A stretch of DNA of 40,356 bases. Source: Bacillota bacterium. Its GTDB lineage: Bacteria > Bacillota > Bacilli > Paenibacillales > NBRC-103111. The DNA lies in assembly GCA_023391955.1 (NCBI GenBank), contig JAEWAA010000489.1:1-40356 (forward strand), given 5' to 3'. Below are positions 35,621 through 40,356 of the stretch, in pieces. The notes under the pieces are model-generated. The model saw only the letters and a list, made by a program, of their open reading frames with translations. It was not told where the DNA came from and searched no databases. How positions within the stretch are numbered: the stretch's first letter is position 1; every line of letters starts with the position of its first letter. The translations under genes and the position numbers were made by a program.

Positions 35621-36361
35621 ATGCGTGCTATCTCAAGCGATCTGCCTATCGTCCTCAATGGGGTCTCACTGATGGCTGGTGCGACAACAATACTGGACCA
35701 GCTGAACCTGACCATCGGCCGGGGTGGGCCAACGCTGATTGTCGGTCCCAATGGTTCGGGTAAGACTTCGCTGTTGCGGTTGTGCATGGGCTTGGCCCAC
35801 CCCGCGCGGGGCCGGGTGAGTTGGGGAGGGCGGACGGATGGCGGACCTGGACGGCGCGCATTCCTGTTCCAGAAACCGGTCATGCTGCGACGCTCGGCTG
35901 CCGCGAATGTTGCCTACGGGCTTGCGCGTGCCGGCCACCCGAGCGGCTTGCGCCACAGTCGCGTGCTGGAGTTGCTCGAGACCGTCGGCCTGAGCGAACT
36001 TGCGCTGCGGCCCGCGCGCCGCTTGTCGGGTGGCGAACAGCAACGATTGGCACTTGCACGTGCCTTGGCGCGCCAGCCCGAAATCCTTCTGCTCGACGAA
36101 CCAACGGCCAGCCTCGATCCGGCGGCGACCCGCGTGGTCGAGGACATAATTCATGCCAGCGTTCAATCGGGGACCAAGGTGATCATGACAACGCATGATC
36201 TGGGCCAGGTGCGCCGGCTGGCGTCGGACGTGGTCTTTCTCGTTCGCGGGCGTGTTTGCGAGCATGCCGGCGTAGCCGATTTTTTCGACCGACCCCTAAC
36301 GCCCCAGGCCGCAGCCTTTGTCCGCGGCGACCTTGTCCTTGATCAACAAGACGGAGATTGA
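35621..36361 (+). CDS. tupC: Tungstate ABC transporter ATP-binding protein TupC
   Basis: Walker A GPNGSGKT, LSGGEQQR, LLLDEPT, H-loop; lies between tupB and tupA. Confidence 0.88.
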   Translation: MRAISSDLPIVLNGVSLMAGATTILDQLNLTIGRGGPTLIVGPNGSGKTSLLRLCMGLAHPARGRVSWGGRTDGGPGRRAFLFQKPVMLRRSAAANVAYGLARAGHPSGLRHSRVLELLETVGLSELALRPARRLSGGEQQRLALARALARQPEILLLDEPTASLDPAATRVVEDIIHASVQSGTKVIMTTHDLGQVRRLASDVVFLVRGRVCEHAGVADFFDRPLTPQAAAFVRGDLVLDQQDGD

Positions 36362-36363
36362 CA

Positions 36364-37194
36364 ATGCTGCTACGCCGGTTGCTTCCCATCATTGCAGTCC
36401 ATCTGTGCGTCATTGGCATGCCGGCGCTGGCCGAAAACCAGTCGATCCTCGTTGCGTCGACAACATCCACTCAAGATTCAGGTCTGTTCGACCACATTCT
36501 TCCCTTGTTTGAGAAGAAGACCGGAATCACCGTCAAGGTCGTGGCACAGGGTACAGGTCAGGCGCTGGACACGGCCCGACGCGGCGATGCGGACGTGGTG
36601 CTCGTTCATGCCAAGGCACAGGAAGAGAAGTTTGTCGGCGAGGGATTTGGCGTAAAGCGCTTTGACGTAATGTATAACGACTTCGTGCTGATCGGGCCAA
36701 GCAACGATCCAGCCGGAATCAGCGGCATGAAGGACATCACCGCCGCCCTGGTCGCCATCGAGGCAAAACAGGCCGCATTTGTCTCGCGCGGCGACAGATC
36801 AGGCACCCATGCTGCAGAACTCAAATTGTGGGAGGAGGCCGGCATCGATATCGAGGACGCAAAGGGGTCATGGTACAAGGATATCGGACAGGGGATGGGA
36901 GCTGCGCTAAATGCCGCCTCCTCAATGAGCGCCTATGTCCTGGCCGACCGCGGCACTTGGCTGTCGTTCAACAATCGTGGTGATCTCGACCTCCTCGTCG
37001 AGGGCGACAAGCGGCTCTTCAATCAGTATGGGATCATTCTGGTGAACCCGCAGAAGCATCCCGAGGTCAAGGTGGAGGCAGGCACGACCTTCATCAACTG
37101 GCTGATCTCGCGCGAGGGCCAGGCAGCGATTGCCGGCTACAGGGTCAATGGGCAGCAGCTCTTCTTCCCGAATGCAGGCGGGGAACGCATGTGA
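36364..37194 (+). CDS. tupA: Tungstate-binding periplasmic protein TupA
   Basis: Signal peptide, ASTTSTQDSGL (TTTS-type motif), GTGQAL, MYNDF and SRGDRSGTH..E motifs, which are TupA rather than ModA signatures. Confidence 0.9.
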   Translation: MLLRRLLPIIAVHLCVIGMPALAENQSILVASTTSTQDSGLFDHILPLFEKKTGITVKVVAQGTGQALDTARRGDADVVLVHAKAQEEKFVGEGFGVKRFDVMYNDFVLIGPSNDPAGISGMKDITAALVAIEAKQAAFVSRGDRSGTHAAELKLWEEAGIDIEDAKGSWYKDIGQGMGAALNAASSMSAYVLADRGTWLSFNNRGDLDLLVEGDKRLFNQYGIILVNPQKHPEVKVEAGTTFINWLISREGQAAIAGYRVNGQQLFFPNAGGERM

Positions 37195-37236
37195 GGGCTG
37201 TTGCCAAGCTGCCCGTATCTGCTCCATGATTGATCC

Positions 37237-38367
37237 ATGATGGCAAATCACCACTCGAGGAGTGCCCTGACCAGCCTGGATGTAGCGCTTGCAACGCTTC
37301 TCGATGGAGCAGAGCCGGTCGCGCCCCGTCCGGAGCCGCTTAACCAGGCGCTTGGGAGCATTGCCGCAGCGATGCCGGCCAACCTGCCAGCATTCCCCCT
37401 GGAAGACACAGCCATCATCGACGGATGGGCCTGTTGTGCCCTTGACCTTGTGGGGGCATCTGGATACTCGCCCGTCGCACTTTCGCATGCGCCCGCCTGG
37501 GTGAATGCCGGCGATGCCATGCCGCGCGGATGCGACTGTGTCTTACAAGCTGATCTTGTCGATTGCACGACTTCGGTTGCGCTCGCAGTCGGTGAGGCTG
37601 CCCCCGGCCAGGGGGTCCGTCGCGAGGGGGAGGATATGCAAGCCCATCGACCGCCGGTTCTTGAAGGCCGGACAATTTCTCCTGCCGACCTGCTGATTGC
37701 ACGCAAGGCAGGACTAAGCCAGATCGCCGTGCGTCGTCCCCGCGTGCGACTAATCGATGTCGGTGCAGGTGATCGGCAGGCCGCCTCGCTGTGTTTCCTT
37801 GTTGAAAGCTTGCTGGCCTCGAATGCATCTATTGCCGCAGTGGATAAGATCAGTTGCGATGCTCTGTCGATCGCAGCCGCCCTTGCAAGCGAGATGTGCG
37901 ACCTGCTTGTCCTGCTCGGCGGCACCGGTGAGGGTCGGTTTGATGCCACTGCCGAAGCCTTAAGGAGCGCTGGCGCATTGACTGCACATCGCATTGCTGT
38001 GCGGCCCGGTGAAACGAGCGCGATCGGCCGGCTTGGCAGTACAGCTGTGATCGCATTGGCGGTTACGCCGGAAAGTGTCCTCGCCGGTTATCTGGTATTT
38101 GTTCAACCGCTCCTTGATCGCCTGTCGGGACGTTCTCACCGGCAGGGTCTTCCCATGCCGCTGGCGCGAAAGATTGCGTCGAAGGTTGGCATCAGTGAGG
38201 TCGTTCTGCTCGCAAGAGAGAAGGACATGTGGATGCCGCTGGCGGTTGGGACATTTCCGTTGGAGGCTATTCGGCTCGCAGAAGCATGGCTGATCGTGCC
38301 GGACGATTGCGAGGGATATGACGCCGAAACGGTGGTTGCCGCTATGCCTCTCCGCAACATGAACTGA
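37237..38367 (+). CDS. Divergent MoeA-like molybdopterin-binding protein
   Basis: MoeA fold remnants (AIIDGWA, VRREGED, LGGTGEG, RPGE), but the STGDE, SGGxS and LPGNP motifs are replaced. Confidence 0.75.
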   Translation: MMANHHSRSALTSLDVALATLLDGAEPVAPRPEPLNQALGSIAAAMPANLPAFPLEDTAIIDGWACCALDLVGASGYSPVALSHAPAWVNAGDAMPRGCDCVLQADLVDCTTSVALAVGEAAPGQGVRREGEDMQAHRPPVLEGRTISPADLLIARKAGLSQIAVRRPRVRLIDVGAGDRQAASLCFLVESLLASNASIAAVDKISCDALSIAAALASEMCDLLVLLGGTGEGRFDATAEALRSAGALTAHRIAVRPGETSAIGRLGSTAVIALAVTPESVLAGYLVFVQPLLDRLSGRSHRQGLPMPLARKIASKVGISEVVLLAREKDMWMPLAVGTFPLEAIRLAEAWLIVPDDCEGYDAETVVAAMPLRNMN

Positions 38368-38377
38368 GCCTCCTCCA

Positions 38378-40327
38378 ATGATCTCATCTCCTTCTTCAAA
38401 GACGCAAAGTACCGAGCAAAAGCAATTTTTGACGATCCTGTCGCGCGAGGAGGCCATGGCGCGGTTCGAGGAGGCTTTGGGTTCATGGCAGGTGTCGACG
38501 CAAAGACGCAGCCTGGCCGACGCGCTTGGGATGGTGCTTGCAGAAGATGTCGCAGCGCCAGTCGATGTTCCACCCTTCGATCGTTCCAATGTGGACGGGT
38601 TTGCGGTGCGTGCAGCAGATCTGACAACAGCCTCGGAACTTCACCCCGCTCGGTTGATGCTGAATCAGGAGACGATTGCCTGTGGCACTGTTCCACAAGT
38701 AGCAGTCGTGCCGGGTACAGCCACACCAATCGCCACCGGAGGCCCGCTTCCCAGGGGTGCTGACGCTGTCGTTATGATCGAACATAGCCAACCAGCGGAG
38801 AATGGAGCCGTCGAGATGTTTCGACCTGCATCTCCGGGGCAATTCATCTCGAGCGCCGGATCGGACATGGCCCGGGGAGAAGTCGTCTTGCGGGCCGGAT
38901 CGATCATTGGCGCCCGCGAGATAGGGATGCTCGCAGCCTGCGGAACCGCGCATGTCACCGTGGCCTGCAAGTTGCGCGTCGCTGTTGTGTCCACCGGTGA
39001 TGAACTCGTGCAACCAGGCGAGCCGCTGCGGCCGGCTGGCATCTATGACGCCAACGGAGCGATCATCAGTGCCGCAGTCATCGAAAACGGTGGTGAGGCT
39101 AGCTTTCTTGGGGCATTTGCGGATGACGAGGAAAAGCTCGAGGCGGCTATGCGCGACGCGCTCGCCTCGCATGATGTTTTGATCATGTCAGGGGGGACAT
39201 CCAAGGGAGCTGGAGATATCAGCTACCGGATTATCGAGCGTCTTGGATCCCCGGGCATTATTGCCCATGGCGTTGCTCTTAAGCCTGGAAAGCCACTCTG
39301 TTTGGCCGTGTGCGATGGCAAGCCTGTCATCATCCTGCCGGGTTTTCCGACGTCGGCGATGTTCACTTTTCATGACATGATTGTGCCTGTCTTGCGACGT
39401 CTGGCGCGCTTGCCGCCGCGTGTCGATATCCAAACGAGTGCGCAACTGCCATTTCGCATCGCTTCCGAACTCGGGCGCACCGAATATGTCATGGTGTCCT
39501 TGGTGCAAGGGCGTGATGGGCTGACTGCTTATGCTTCCGGCAAGGGCTCGGGAGCAATAACCGCTTTCACTCAGGCCGATGGCTTCATTCGTATCGATGC
39601 ACTGGCCGACCACCTGCCGGCAGGTGAGAACGTGCAGGTGACCTTGTTCACGCCGCAGGTAAGGGTGCCCGATCTAGTCGTTATCGGCAGCCATTGCACA
39701 GGCCTTGATCTGGTTGTCAGCAAAATCGTCCAGAAGGGTATTTCCGTGCGATCACTGGCTGTTGGAAGCCTGGGCGGTCTTGCAGCCGCCAGACGTGGGG
39801 AATGCGACCTTGCACCCATCCATCTGCTTGACGCACAGACCGGTGTCTACAACAGACCGTTTCTGGCTGAAGGGATGGAACTGGTACCCGGCTGGCGGCG
39901 CATGCAAGGCATCATATTCCGCTCGGGTGACATGCGATTTGAGGGGCGCAGCGCAGCAGAAGCGATGAAAGCAGTGCTGGCCGATCCGGAATGCATGATG
40001 GTCAATCGTAATCAGGGCGCCGGCACGCGCATCCTGATCGACCAATTGCTCGGCCATGCCCGCCCTGACGGCTACTGGAACCAGCCCCGCTCGCACACCG
40101 CAGTGGCTGCCGCCGTCGAACAGAGACGTGCCGATTGGGGCGTTACCATCGCTCCCATGGCACGAGCAGCGGGCCTCGGCTTCATACCGTTGACGGAGGA
40201 GCACTATGATTTTGTAGTGGTCGCAGAGAGCCGGGAGCGCGAACCGGTCCACGCCTTCCTTGAAGCGCTCTCGTCAAGCTCCATGCAGGACGCGTTGGAG
40301 CAAGCCGGCTTCAGTCGCGCTGGCTGA
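38378..40327 (+). CDS. MoeA - PBP (oxyanion-binding) fusion, molybdopterin/tungstopterin biosynthesis protein
   Basis: Intact MoeA motifs (RSNVDGFA, STGDEL, IYDAN, SGGTSKG, KPGKP, LPGFP) followed by a PBP domain (GSHC, GSLGGL, NRNQGAGTR, EHYDF). Confidence 0.92.
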   Translation: MISSPSSKTQSTEQKQFLTILSREEAMARFEEALGSWQVSTQRRSLADALGMVLAEDVAAPVDVPPFDRSNVDGFAVRAADLTTASELHPARLMLNQETIACGTVPQVAVVPGTATPIATGGPLPRGADAVVMIEHSQPAENGAVEMFRPASPGQFISSAGSDMARGEVVLRAGSIIGAREIGMLAACGTAHVTVACKLRVAVVSTGDELVQPGEPLRPAGIYDANGAIISAAVIENGGEASFLGAFADDEEKLEAAMRDALASHDVLIMSGGTSKGAGDISYRIIERLGSPGIIAHGVALKPGKPLCLAVCDGKPVIILPGFPTSAMFTFHDMIVPVLRRLARLPPRVDIQTSAQLPFRIASELGRTEYVMVSLVQGRDGLTAYASGKGSGAITAFTQADGFIRIDALADHLPAGENVQVTLFTPQVRVPDLVVIGSHCTGLDLVVSKIVQKGISVRSLAVGSLGGLAAARRGECDLAPIHLLDAQTGVYNRPFLAEGMELVPGWRRMQGIIFRSGDMRFEGRSAAEAMKAVLADPECMMVNRNQGAGTRILIDQLLGHARPDGYWNQPRSHTAVAAAVEQRRADWGVTIAPMARAAGLGFIPLTEEHYDFVVVAESREREPVHAFLEALSSSSMQDALEQAGFSRAG

Positions 40328-40356
40328 CGTAAACCGCAGAACCTCCATGATCACGT

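Noticed and set aside
1..40356. CRISPR arrays, tRNA/rRNA genes, integrases, transposases and anti-phage defence genes
   Set aside because: No regularly spaced repeats, structural RNA signatures or relevant protein motifs were seen.

Overview
GC-rich alphaproteobacterial DNA, probably a Rhizobiaceae plasmid or accessory replicon (inference from gene content and promoter types), made of four blocks. (1) 1-1.7 kb: small hypothetical genes and a 2H-phosphoesterase. (2) 1.8-12.3 kb: an acid-sugar catabolic cluster with pdxA2, a DUF1537 four-carbon acid sugar kinase, a FadR/GntR regulator, a tctB-tctC-tctA transporter, a DHDPS-family lyase, two dehydrogenases and an Fe-ADH. (3) 12.3-16.5 kb: a scarred junction zone. 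It holds two convergent genes truncated against each other (a periplasmic protein and a TonB-dependent receptor preceded by a candidate 22-aa leader peptide), a DUF808 gene with a consensus EcfG-type promoter, and a frameshifted thermonuclease remnant. (4) 16.5-40.3 kb: a ~24 kb island for a periplasmic, Cys-ligated, probably tungsten-dependent formate dehydrogenase. It carries alpha/beta/gamma subunits, a small Tat protein, a TorD chaperone, FdhD, MobA, three MoeA paralogues, the TupABC tungstate transporter and an Xis-HTH/PBP regulator. It also carries uncharacterised genes: DUF3305/3306/6352/6505/6494-like proteins, a catalytically degenerate biotin/lipoate-ligase fold, an HdrA/MvhD-like polyferredoxin and a WD40-cytochrome c fusion. 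No intact mobile element, CRISPR array, tRNA or rRNA was seen. Family and DUF names come from motif recognition by eye and need HMM confirmation.
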